From Nitrospirota bacterium (GTDB lineage Bacteria; Nitrospirota; UBA9217), in assembly GCA_963737155.1 (NCBI GenBank), contig CAVTRN010000002.1, positions 128,001 to 192,000 of the forward strand: 64,000 nt of DNA, in the 5' to 3' direction. The notes under the pieces are model-generated. The model saw nothing but the letters and a program-made list of their open reading frames with translations, had not been told where the DNA came from and searched no databases. Below, in pieces: positions 9,509 through 19,498 of this stretch (position 1 is the stretch's first letter; the number at the start of each line of letters is the position of its first letter). The translations under genes were made by a program, and so were the position numbers.

Positions 9509-11392
9509 GATGGTCTCGTAATAAGTCGATAGTCGTGATTCAGCTAAAATAAGTCATGTGAAACATCATATAACCATTGCAGCACAAGGGGTTTTGTGAT
9601 ACACAATAGCATCACAATTCGCAATCAAGGAGCCAGAATGATCCACATCAAGGATCACAAAACCCCCGACATGTTCGACCCCTTTCCTTTTCTGGGACCC
9701 AAACGCAAACAGCGCATCGAGGAGTCCTGGGCAAAGGTTTTTCGAGAGCACATTCTTCCCACGTTGCCGGTAGAGAAGATCTTTTCCAAATACGATCCGG
9801 TTTTCGGAGCACCGACCAAGGAACTCTATGCCATGATCGGTCTCATGGTCATCCAACAGATGCACAACCTGACCGACGAGGAAGCCGTGGACCAGTTTGC
9901 CTACAATCTCCAATGGCAATACGCCCTGAATATCACCAGGACGGACGATGCCGCCGCTTATGTCAGCCCCAAGACCCTCTGGAACATGCGCGATCTTCTG
10001 ATCGAACGGAACCTCTACCAGGCTATTTTTGAAGAAGTCGCGACGAAGCTTGCCGAGGTGTTCAAAGTCGATGTCGCCAAGCAGCGTTTCGACTCGGTCC
10101 ATATCTTCTCCAATATGCGACACCTGGGCCGGCTCGGCTTGTTCGTAAAGACCATCAAGAAGTTCCTGGTGAACCTCAAGCGCCACCATAAAGACCTCTA
10201 CGAATCATTAGAGACAACTATCACCGACCGGTACATGACCAAACAGGGTGAGGCCGTTTTCTCCATGGTGAAACCCTCGGAATCGATAAATACGCTCGCA
10301 ACGCTGGCCAACGACGTGTTCAGTCTGGTGGAGCAGTTCGCGGGAAATGAGCCCGTTACCACCATGAATACCTATCAGCTCCTTGCCCGGCTGCTTAAAG
10401 AGCAATGCATCGTGGAGCGCGTTGATACGCATACAACCCAGGTCTCGGTCAAAGCCAACAAGGACGTTCCTTCCGATTCCCTGCAAAACCCTTCCGACCC
10501 CGACGCCGGGTATGACGGTCATAAAGGCAAGGGCTACCAGGTGCAGGTTGCCGAAAGCTACAGTACTTCCGAGGATACCAACACCCTGAACTTGATCACC
10601 AGCGTGATCGTAGAACCTGCCCACAAGAGCGATGCCCATGCCCTGGTCCCGCTCATCGAATCCACCACGGAGCTTGGGCTGAAGCCTGAAGAAATTGCTG
10701 CCGACTCACTCTACGGTAGCGATGAAAACTGCGAGAAGGCAAAGACCTTGGGAATCGAGGTCGTTTCTCCGGTTATGGGCAAACTTGACGAAAACAGCGT
10801 GCCGCTCACGGCATTCACCATGAACAGCGAAAACGAAATCACTTTCTGCCCCGAGGGATGCGCTCCGGAGAAAACCCGGAGCAAAGACAACAACCACACT
10901 GCGCTCTTCTCAAAGAAAACGTGCCGCAGTTGTTCCCGGAAGAAAACGTGTCCGACAATGCCCGGTAAAAAAGGTCGCTATCTTCGGTACGACGATAAAG
11001 CAATCCGGCTGGCACAGCGGCGGGCTCAGGAAGACACTCCCGAGTTCCGGGATAGGTACCGCTTCCGGGCAGGGGTCGAAGGAACCATGTCTCAGCTTGA
11101 CCGATTGACCGGGGTCAAGAACCTCCGCGTCCGAGGATTGTCCGCAGTGAGCTTCGCCGCGTACCTGAAGGCGGCGGGAATCAACATTATCCGGGCGGCG
11201 GCGTTCCGCAAGCGAGAAATCGAAGGGGAACCAGTGCCTAGAGCCGCCCTTTCGATTCTATCTTGTGCTGTCAAAGAACGTTTACAGCTTGTTTCAGATA
11301 CAATCAGGCGTTGGGGTTATTTCCAACGGCTGGATATCCGGCTTGCGGCGTGATAAGCCGCAATACGATAATTTACTTCTTACGAATCCATC
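9509..11392 (+). mobile_element. Insertion sequence (IS1182/IS5-like DDE), 1884 bp
   Basis: Terminal IRs GATGGTCTCGTAATAAGT / ACTTCTTACGAATCCATC; 6-bp TSD AAATAT at 9503-9508 and 11393-11398. Confidence 0.92.
9638..11353 (+). CDS. DDE transposase
   Basis: QRFDSVHI, SLQNPSDPDAGY..HKGKGY, AADSLYGS, Cys cluster, YRFRAGVEGT; RBS aggag before the ATG at 9638. Confidence 0.9.
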   Translation: MIHIKDHKTPDMFDPFPFLGPKRKQRIEESWAKVFREHILPTLPVEKIFSKYDPVFGAPTKELYAMIGLMVIQQMHNLTDEEAVDQFAYNLQWQYALNITRTDDAAAYVSPKTLWNMRDLLIERNLYQAIFEEVATKLAEVFKVDVAKQRFDSVHIFSNMRHLGRLGLFVKTIKKFLVNLKRHHKDLYESLETTITDRYMTKQGEAVFSMVKPSESINTLATLANDVFSLVEQFAGNEPVTTMNTYQLLARLLKEQCIVERVDTHTTQVSVKANKDVPSDSLQNPSDPDAGYDGHKGKGYQVQVAESYSTSEDTNTLNLITSVIVEPAHKSDAHALVPLIESTTELGLKPEEIAADSLYGSDENCEKAKTLGIEVVSPVMGKLDENSVPLTAFTMNSENEITFCPEGCAPEKTRSKDNNHTALFSKKTCRSCSRKKTCPTMPGKKGRYLRYDDKAIRLAQRRAQEDTPEFRDRYRFRAGVEGTMSQLDRLTGVKNLRVRGLSAVSFAAYLKAAGINIIRAAAFRKREIEGEPVPRAALSILSCAVKERLQLVSDTIRRWGYFQRLDIRLAA

Positions 11393-12082
11393 AAATATGA
11401 ATCGGGCGCAGATTCAGATCAGTTTATGAGATTTTGTGTAACGGCGAAACCCGCTGTAATTGTGCTTGATTCTGAAGGTAATGAAATATTCAGAAAGATA
11501 GGATATTTTGAGCCTGATGTAATTATAAAAAAACTCGAAATGGCAAGAAAAAAGGCTGCCCATAGAGCAGCAAAGGTCATGCATATTATAAATAGAAGTG
11601 TAAATTAGGGGACGTCAGTTTTTTTGAGAAAATAGATATCGCAAAGAAACAACGATGGGACTTCCATCACGAAATATTGAAGTCTAACCGAGCCCGACAA
11701 TCATATGGACCACCTACTTGTATTCGTTTTTAATTTCGTAGTGTAAGCAGAATATCTGCCCACTATGCTTTATGCGAAGAGTACAGGATGGTCATCAGAC
11801 TACAAGTTACAGACGACGTCCTTCGACTCATCCAAAGCTAGGATCTCTTTGCAGAGCACCTCAATTGTCGTAAAGTATCTCAGGTTTCTGTTGAATGACA
11901 ATCGCACAATATCTCCAGTATGCAGTACTAATGGACACTTTCTTTTCCGGCTTCCTTGACATACCGTTCAATCAGTGTCAGACTTTAGTTATCTCTCCCA
12001 CAGTAGCATCTTCGCATCCAACTCGATCAGCATCCCCTTAAATTTACGAAGACTTCCGGTGGGTAGCGATGGGAGGTATAAA

Positions 12083-12964
12083 ATGAAAACACTGGTCATA
12101 GGTGGAACAGGTATGGTAGGAAGTATGGTGGTAGCCGGCCTGCTGAAGCAGCGCGAGTCAGTACGGGTATTGAGTCATTCCCGGGATAAACTGGAAAAAC
12201 TGCCCAGCGGCGTGGAAGGGGCAAGGGCGGACCTTGATGATCCCCACTCGCTCGCTGCTGCATTTGACGGCATAGACAGAGTGTTTCTGCTGAATGCAGT
12301 CGGACCGAACGAGACCGATGAAGGACTCCTTGCCGTGTCTGCAGCAAAGGCAGCCAAGGTTAAGAAGATCGTCTATATGTCGGTCGCCATGCCGGAAGGG
12401 TCGGAAAGAATACCGCACTTCCGAAGCAAACTCCCGGTGGAGAAGGCCATCAAGGAGTCAGGGATCGCCTATACGATCCTTCGGCCAAACAACTTCTTCC
12501 AAAACGACCTGTGGTTGAAGTCCGCCATCATGCAGTACAGCCTTTATCCTCTGCCCATCGGTAAGAAAGGACTGAACCGGGTCGATGTGCGCGACATCGC
12601 CGACTGTGCGATTAACGCTCTTATGGAATCAGGACACGAGGGTCGGACGTATGAAATCCACGGATCCGATACCCTGACCGGCGAAGGGATCGCCAAGGCC
12701 TACACAAAGCATCTGGGACGTGAGATTCGCTATAGCGGGGAGGACCTCAATACCTGGGCAGAAAAATCAAAAGGCATGATGCCGGAGTTCCTGATTGCCG
12801 ATATGCGTATCATGTATCAGTTCTTCCAGGATAACGGAATGATCGCATCAAAGGATGACCTCGAAAAGACGGAGAAGCTTCTTGGACGCAAGCCTCGGAG
12901 CTTTGACGATTTCGTCAAGGAGACCACCTTGGAGTGGAAGAACAAGGTGGGAAAGGCCGCGTAA
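12083..12964 (+). CDS. NmrA-family NAD(P)-binding oxidoreductase
   Basis: MKTLVIGGTGMVGS Rossmann motif, HFRSK, TILRPNNFFQN, VDVRDIA; RBS ggaggt. Confidence 0.9.
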   Translation: MKTLVIGGTGMVGSMVVAGLLKQRESVRVLSHSRDKLEKLPSGVEGARADLDDPHSLAAAFDGIDRVFLLNAVGPNETDEGLLAVSAAKAAKVKKIVYMSVAMPEGSERIPHFRSKLPVEKAIKESGIAYTILRPNNFFQNDLWLKSAIMQYSLYPLPIGKKGLNRVDVRDIADCAINALMESGHEGRTYEIHGSDTLTGEGIAKAYTKHLGREIRYSGEDLNTWAEKSKGMMPEFLIADMRIMYQFFQDNGMIASKDDLEKTEKLLGRKPRSFDDFVKETTLEWKNKVGKAA

Positions 12965-12973
12965 AGAACACGA

Positions 12974-13009
12974 CGCCGGATGCTGCCTCGATGCATCCGG
13001 CATTTTATT
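12974..13009 (+). terminator. Probable intrinsic terminator
   Basis: gccggatgc...gcatccggc stem followed by attttatt. Confidence 0.65.
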
Positions 13010-13122
13010 GACTCGTCTATCTAAACTCCCGCGAACATCCATTTCTGAACGTTCAGCCGTAACCGCTCTACGGGTACAGGCTATCGAATACAGATTGTAA
13101 ATTTATGTGCTTCACAGAATGG

Positions 13123-13342
13123 GGAAACTCTAACTAGTAACAGGAAAAAGTCGCTTACAGAAAACTTTATCACAAAATGCAATGATACAAAATGAATATT
13201 GCACCCTCGCTAATATTATAGGAAACTCGACTTCACCTACAATCTTGCATTGCCAATGTTTTGACGATGGTAAAGAATTCTGTCTGTATCATGCAATCAA
13301 ATTTTTCCATTTTTAGATGAATCAAGTTTAGTCGACCCTACA
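13123..13342. repeat. Dispersed non-coding repeat, copy 3
   Basis: Same orientation as copies 1 and 2; aactttatcacaaaatgcaatgataca...gaaactcgacttcacctacaatc. Confidence 0.9.
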
Positions 13343-13459
13343 ACCTAAAAAAATACAGCTCTTAATCCGGGACAATAATTGGGTCAGTAAGCGCTGCTTA
13401 CTCGTAAGTGCTAACTATTGCCAGAAGTTCGATATCCTCTGGTTCCGCCATTGAGTGCC

Positions 13460-16400
13460 TCATACAAGCAAGGAATTCAATGTTATTTGCAGATCGATTA
13501 GATTATAGGGTTTCTTGAGGAAGGCCCGAAAGCCCTGATCTCGATAGTTCGACAGAGCCGCATCATCCGAGTAGCCGCTCGATACGACCGCTTTTACGTC
13601 GGGATCAATTTCCGATAGCTTTCTCAGGGTTTCTAATCCGCCCATCCCGCCCCGGATGGTCAGGTCCAGGATAACAACATCGTAGGGACGACCAGCTTCC
13701 CGTGCGGCCCGATAGGTTTCCAGCGCTGCTTCGCCTGTTTGTGCAAATGCGACATCATGACCTAATACGGTCAGTAATTCTCCCGCGACCTCTCTGATCA
13801 TCTCATCGTCATCCATAACTAGGATCCGGGCATTTCGTACCACTGTCGGTCTTGTCTGGCTTTTTGGTTCATCCACATTTATGCTAGACGCGGAAAGATA
13901 GATAAAGAAGGTGGTCCCTTTGCCGACCTCGGATTGTACGCGGATCAGACCTCCGTGGTTCTTGATGATGGCATAAGAGGTGGCGAGCCCCAGTCCGCTC
14001 CCTTTCTCTTTGGTCGTGAAATAAGGGTCGAATATCCTCGCCAGATGCTCGGGAGGGATTCCGGTGCCCTGGTCACGGATCGATATCTCCACGAAGTCGC
14101 CTTGCAGGTCGGTTGGCGGTACAATTGCTGTGGCGGGCATGTTCCTAGCCGATACCTCGATCATGCCACCGAGCGGCATCGCCTGGTCGGCGTTCAGCAC
14201 AATATTCTGTATCACTTGGCCAATCTGTCCCTCATCAGCTTCAACTGCACGGAGATTTTCATCAATAACTATTTCGTAGTTGACGCGAGACCCGCTTAGG
14301 GCGAATGCTATAGAGTTCTCGATCAACGGCCTGAGAGCAAAGACCTTCTTCGCAGGCTTTCCCCCCTTGGAAAAGGTAAGGAGTTGGGCAGTGAGGTTAA
14401 CTGATTGATGCAATGCCTTCTCTGCCTGTGTGAGCATGGCGAGCGACTTCTCCTTCTGATCGAAAGTGAGTTTGGCTATGGAGATGTATCCGAAAATACC
14501 CTGCAGGAGATTGTTGAAGTCATGCGCGATTCCGCCAGCGAGAGTGCCGATGGACTCGAGCTTCTGTGTCTTGAGCCTTTCCTCCTCAAGGATGCGTTGA
14601 TCTGTGATATCCCATAGGATTCCATTGATTTTTGATGGCTGTCCCTTGTCGTCGCGGACCAGCCTACCGCGGACCGTGATATAATGGACGCTTCCGTCAG
14701 GCCAGATAACTCGATACGACAGTTCGTAGGGTATATCCTGCTCAACGGTCCGAGCGAGCGCGGCCTTGATCTTCTCGTGATCTTCGGGATGCACTGTCAG
14801 CAAAATCTCCTCAAAAGTTCCGGTGAATTTTACTGGATCTATCCCCAGCAGTTGACAGGCCAGGTCGTCTAAATAGCGCTTGTTTTCCCTATAATCCCAG
14901 CGCCATACGCCCATATGTGCGGAGTGCAGCGCAAGATCGAGCCTTGCCTGGTTCTCGCGCTGTGCCTCCTCCGCTCGCTTCCGCTCGGTTATGTCGGTGT
15001 GCATACCGACGAGACGGACAACCTTGCCTTCCTTATTCTTAATAGAAAATGCCCGAAGATATATATCCCTTTCTTTCCTATCTTTATCTAACATTTTCAC
15101 TTCGCCAACAAAAGAACCACCCTTCATAATCATGTCGAACACTTTCCGACCTTCTTTTTCATCAGCATATACAGATGCTGGTGGCCCTGAAACTCCATCT
15201 ACTTCGTTAACAGATAGCCCAAACAACTTAGTAAAGGCCTCATTTTGGTAATAATGTCTTCCATCAGGCGTAGACATACCAATTGCATCTGTAGCGCTAC
15301 CCACCGCCATTTGGAAATAAAGCTGCGACTCCTCCGCCTGTTTGCGCTCGGTGATGTCGGTCGCAACATAGATGGCACTGTCTATTCGACCTTCGATCAT
15401 AACAGGCATGACCCGCACGATGTACTCACGGACAGTGCCGTCCGGCCCCGGTCCCGGTCCCGGTCCCGGTCCCATAATCTCATACTCTTGGCGCTGGCCC
15501 GAGGTAAAGACTATCTTGAGGGCGTGTCGCACGACGGAATGTTGCTCTTGGGGAACCCATGTGAGGACGCTTGTGCCGATGATCTGCTCTCTGGACAAGC
15601 CGGGTATCGGCCGGTTGATAAAAGTGATCGTCCCATCCCGGTCCACTTGCAGGATCGTATCAGGAACATTATTCATTACGGTCCTCAGCCGGCCCTCGCT
15701 CTCATGCAGCGCTGCCTCCATCTGCTTTCTCTCGGAAATATCTTGGATCACAGACTGGGAATGGATAACGTTGCCGTCAGCATCCCTTTCAGCTGTTGCC
15801 GAAAGAAGCACATCAATCACGTCCCCGTTCTTTTTTATAAACTGATAGGATACATCATTAACGATGCCGTCCCGGAAGAATACCGGCTGAACAACGTCCA
15901 GGGCATACTTTTTTGATGCCTCTGTGTAGAAATCCGTAACTTTTCTGCCGATCACCTCGTTTCGCGCATAGCCCATGGTTTTTAGCCAGTAGTCATTCAC
16001 ATCGACCAACCGTAAATCCCGGCCTACGGAATGCAGCAGGACGGGCGTCTCGTTATAGAGGCGCCGGTATTTTTCTTCGCTCTGCTTCAGGGTCAGTTCG
16101 AACCGTTTGCGTTCAGTGATGTCCTCAACGAACCCTTCAAGAAATTTGACTTCGCCGTTCTCGTCGGGCACCATCCGCATATAGAGATTGGCGACAAATG
16201 GCTCTCCGGTTCTTCGGTGATACTCAACTTCCTGGCAGACGATTTTTTTTGAGTTCAGTACCTCGCTGACGATTTTTTCCCGCTGTTCAGGATGGACAAA
16301 CTGTTTCGTGATATTCGTCGTTGCCGCCACCATTTCCTCCGGATTGGTGTAGCCGAACATCAGAGAGATCGTCGAATTGACGTATATAAGGCGACCGTCA

Positions 16401-16792
16401 GGCGTGGACTGATAAATGCCAAGCGGTGCATTGTTAAAAATATTTCTATATTTTTCCTCGGAGACTTGAAGCGACTGTACTATTTGCGTGTAATTTAAAT
16501 ATTGAAGAGCAGCAAACCAAAAAAGAGGAACTCCCATCAAACAATTAAATAATCCGTATTTGAATGCCAAGCCTGGAGGTGAGGATATGAGGCCTACAAA
16601 CATAAGAATTGTGCAAGCAGACGTCACTATAATGATATTACGCCTATTTGATGTCCCACAGATCAATAAAATCGGGATAAGATAAAGCAACCATGCAATG
16701 AATCCTACAGGCGTGATTATGTCGATAATAAAGATGCCTGCTATGAGTAAAACAATTATAACGTGTTGAACTTTCCGAGAAAAATAGCTCAT
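13460..16792 (-). CDS. Membrane-bound multi-PAS hybrid histidine kinase
   Basis: N-terminal TM helices, five PAS/PAC units (DITERK), H-box GGIAHDFNNLL, FTTKEKGSGLGL, C-terminal receiver (VMDDD...ILDLT...KPY). Confidence 0.95.
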   Translation of the reverse strand: MSYFSRKVQHVIIVLLIAGIFIIDIITPVGFIAWLLYLIPILLICGTSNRRNIIIVTSACTILMFVGLISSPPGLAFKYGLFNCLMGVPLFWFAALQYLNYTQIVQSLQVSEEKYRNIFNNAPLGIYQSTPDGRLIYVNSTISLMFGYTNPEEMVAATTNITKQFVHPEQREKIVSEVLNSKKIVCQEVEYHRRTGEPFVANLYMRMVPDENGEVKFLEGFVEDITERKRFELTLKQSEEKYRRLYNETPVLLHSVGRDLRLVDVNDYWLKTMGYARNEVIGRKVTDFYTEASKKYALDVVQPVFFRDGIVNDVSYQFIKKNGDVIDVLLSATAERDADGNVIHSQSVIQDISERKQMEAALHESEGRLRTVMNNVPDTILQVDRDGTITFINRPIPGLSREQIIGTSVLTWVPQEQHSVVRHALKIVFTSGQRQEYEIMGPGPGPGPGPDGTVREYIVRVMPVMIEGRIDSAIYVATDITERKQAEESQLYFQMAVGSATDAIGMSTPDGRHYYQNEAFTKLFGLSVNEVDGVSGPPASVYADEKEGRKVFDMIMKGGSFVGEVKMLDKDRKERDIYLRAFSIKNKEGKVVRLVGMHTDITERKRAEEAQRENQARLDLALHSAHMGVWRWDYRENKRYLDDLACQLLGIDPVKFTGTFEEILLTVHPEDHEKIKAALARTVEQDIPYELSYRVIWPDGSVHYITVRGRLVRDDKGQPSKINGILWDITDQRILEEERLKTQKLESIGTLAGGIAHDFNNLLQGIFGYISIAKLTFDQKEKSLAMLTQAEKALHQSVNLTAQLLTFSKGGKPAKKVFALRPLIENSIAFALSGSRVNYEIVIDENLRAVEADEGQIGQVIQNIVLNADQAMPLGGMIEVSARNMPATAIVPPTDLQGDFVEISIRDQGTGIPPEHLARIFDPYFTTKEKGSGLGLATSYAIIKNHGGLIRVQSEVGKGTTFFIYLSASSINVDEPKSQTRPTVVRNARILVMDDDEMIREVAGELLTVLGHDVAFAQTGEAALETYRAAREAGRPYDVVILDLTIRGGMGGLETLRKLSEIDPDVKAVVSSGYSDDAALSNYRDQGFRAFLKKPYNLIDLQITLNSLLV

Positions 16793-17124
16793 AAACTAAT
16801 CCTCTATTGTTCAAGTAGGCAATATTCTAGCCGCTCTATTCCTTTACTCAGACCCAAGCCTGATGCTTAGTTTAGCTGAAACAAAAAAAGAGCTTAATTG
16901 TTATGTCGAATATATGCCGGATTCACGGTGATGTCAACGTTGTCGAATTAGTTTTTCAAATGGGTTATATATTGGTAGGTAGATGTTAACGAATACATCT
17001 TCTAAATTTAAGTGATCCAGAGAATGGCAATATCCACATATACATATGCACATCGTACTAAATACTACAATCGATATTCTTCAAGTCAATAAAATTGAAA
17101 TCTCTGTGAGCTGCACCTCCCATG

Positions 17125-17420
17125 AAGAGGTTTGTCAAGTGCCGCCCTTGAATTTTATGTTAAATTCTACTATTGCAGTATGTTTTGTGAAACCGCATCA
17201 GTCTCGCCAAGTGGTTCGGTTATTTATAAGGGAATCAGCCATCCTCCCATTCGAGCTCACCCTTCAGGTGTCTCACCTTATTGATGCTGATGGCACGCCC
17301 ATTCTACAAGCCGGTTTTTTCAACCAAGGTGTATGCGCGGGGCTGTGCCAAACCGTTGATTCCTATATATCCCGGTTCATCTTTGTGAGAGCTGATCTTC
17401 TTGATGCTTCCCTCCTCGCG
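17125..17420 (-). ncRNA. Putative bridge/seek RNA of the IS1111-group element
   Basis: About 300-nt non-coding end containing cttgtag (left target+core), cacct (right target complement) and atgggag (donor+core). Confidence 0.6.
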
Positions 17421-17425
17421 TTGTG

Positions 17426-18454
17426 TTAACTCGTCCGCAACAAACTTGCATCATAAGGTTTCCGATCACGAAGCACGTAAAAGATAATCTCTGTCAACTT
17501 TCTTGCCAATGCGACCACTGCAGTTTTGTTGCCTCTTCTCCTGGCTATACGTTCATACCACTTCCTCAATGGTTTGCTTTCACTGTTTGTACTCCGTAGT
17601 ATTGCATGTGCACTCTGAACTGCAACATGTCTGATTTCGCTTCGTCCCTCGCGGGTTATATGGCCATAATCAGCTCGCTCTCCGCTACTAAACACACTTG
17701 GCACAAGACCGCAATAACTCGTTAACTGCTTTGCCCGCTTGAATCGCTTTATGGTCGAGATCGCGGCATAATAGGTCTTGGAGGATACCTCGCCGATTCC
17801 GGGCACGCTCTTCATTAAATCAACATCCTTATTATCGTAGTCCGCAATCACGTCATCCAGTGCCTCTTTTTGTTTTTGAAGTTCAGCTATTTTTTTTCCA
17901 TAGCCCTCAATGATTGGACTTAGGTGTTTGGGAATGCTTTTATTCTCCTGGAGCCTTGTAAAGATCGATTCATCATCAAATGCTTTTTTCTTAAGCTTTA
18001 TTCCTTCCTGTCGCAGCATACCCCGCAGATGGTTCTTAAGGCATGTTGAACTCTTAAAAAGTTGATGTCGAGATCGTAACAAATCGCGTAACTCTCGACT
18101 ATCTCCTTCTGCCACATATACTCTTTCAGGTAATTCATCTATCCGTAATAACTTCGCAAGAAACATCGCATCTACCTTGTCGGTCTATTTCTTGTTCTTG
18201 GCGATTAGCTTTACCTTGTTGGGATTAACGATATAAACGTTTATCCCCAGCTTCTTGAGTGTATCGTGTATCCAACGGCTATGGCCGCCTGCCTCAACCG
18301 CAACCTTTACGGGCTTATTTATCCACTTTATGAAGTACTGTCTATAGCGATCCTTATCTGTAGGGATCCCTAAGCTCTCAACCTTTTTTCCTTTATCATC
18401 GGTGACGTACACATAACTGCTTTTCTCAGATACATCGCATCCAATGTAAAACAT
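17426..18454 (-). pseudogene. IS110 transposase/recombinase with one in-frame amber stop
   Basis: MFYIGCDVSEK...VAVEAG...NPNKVK..AKNKK*TDKVDA...SVPGIG...CGLVPSVFSSG...ARKL. TAG at 18185-18187 replaces the K of the KTD motif. Confidence 0.9.
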
Positions 18455-18557
18455 GGTGACTGCCTCCTTACTGTGATATTTATTTTCTCTAATCACAGAG
18501 TAGCACCGAATATTTGTTTTTTCTCCTTTCTTCATAATATCTACAAGTGTGTAGTTC

Positions 18558-18650
18558 TCATTGATTGAAACAATCAACAAATTCAGGTTCAAAATTTCTG
18601 CAGTATGTAGTCAGTCTGCTTACGACGAGGATGCGCTTGACATTATCCAT
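18558..18650 (-). pseudogene. N-terminal fragment of a universal stress protein
   Basis: RBS aggagg + MDNVKRILVVSRLTTYCR, then unrelated sequence. Confidence 0.5.
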
Positions 18651-18952
18651 TGTTTCCTCCTACGGTGCAGTTTGCACAGAGAGATGCTCTCTTTTTCACT
18701 TTTATATTGCAGCACAGTGCTGATCATTTCCCTTCACAGGAACCGCAAGAGAGGGCTTATGCCACTCTGCACGCCACACGATGCAGGTTGATCGTGTATC
18801 GGGTACGGTCGTCCCATGTGTCCAGTGGGTATATAATGTCCGCAGTAATAAGATGAGAACTTACAGTAACTATAACTATGCGGTGATATGCTATATTTTA
18901 AACGTACATGGAGTGACCGAATACGAAGATAATACTATAGTCATTAAACAAT

Positions 18953-19258
18953 AAAGTGATGATCATCCCAAGGGGAATGGCCATGGGTGTCACCCAACTC
19001 CTGCCCGAAGAGGACGGACCGGCACTATTATCCCCCCTACGTATTTTTTTATGAACAAACTGAGCATCGCGCTCGGCGGCAGGTGCGCCGAGAAGATCGT
19101 ATTCAACGATGTGAGCAGCGGCGCTCAGAGCGATCTTAAGGAAGTAACATCACTGGTAGAAAAAATGGTGTCCCAGTGGGGCATGAGCGATAAGGTTGGG
19201 CCGGTGAACTTCGGGAGAGGGGAAGAGTACCCATTCCTTGGAAGGGAGCTTGCGCTCT
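18953..19258 (+). pseudogene. ftsH: FtsH peptidase M41 fragment
   Basis: KVMIIPRGMAMGVTQLLPEED (frameshift) LSIALGGRCAEKIVFNDVSSGAQSDL...QWGMSDKVGPV...PFLGRELA. Confidence 0.85.
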
Positions 19259-19444
19259 GGCGTGGAGCATCCCGGCACGTACCGAGGTCTAATGGAAAAG
19301 ATCCCCTATTTCAAAGAACTGGGGGGTGACGGCTGTGGAGCTGATGCCCGTGCAGGAATTCAATGAACACCAGGTGACAGGCATTAATGCGCAAACAGGC
19401 CATCCACTCGGAAATACAGGGGTTACGATCCCGTGGCCTTCTAA
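19256..19444 (+). pseudogene. glgX: Glycogen debranching enzyme (isoamylase) fragment
   Basis: SGVEHPGTYRGLMEKIPYFKELG / VTAVELMPVQEF...N / GYDPVAF, with two frameshifts. Confidence 0.8.
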
Positions 19445-19498
19445 GTATCCTGCAACTCATGAAACCTGTGGCATGGCAAGACAGAAAGGATCCCCATT

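Larger units (their letters stand above)
9320..11608 (+). pseudogene. Thioredoxin-fold (CxxC) protein interrupted by an IS
   Basis: 5' half MVDEIVWEK...GSTCEACIKM...FIPIKY (9320-9508) rejoins in frame with ESGADSDQFMRFCVTAKPAVIVLDSEGNEIFRKIGY (11399-11608) once the IS and one TSD are removed. Confidence 0.9.
17117..18542 (-). mobile_element. IS110 family (IS1111 group) element
   Basis: Sub-terminal IRs ATGAAG.. / ..CTTCAT; shared 2-nt core AG (plus-strand ct at 17117-17118 and 18541-18542); outward TTGACA near the right end. Confidence 0.85.

Noticed and set aside
18185-18187. Pyrrolysine or read-through at the in-frame TAG of the IS110 gene
   Set aside because: A single AAG->TAG change at a conserved Lys is simpler, and there are no pyl genes or other amber-interrupted genes in the window.
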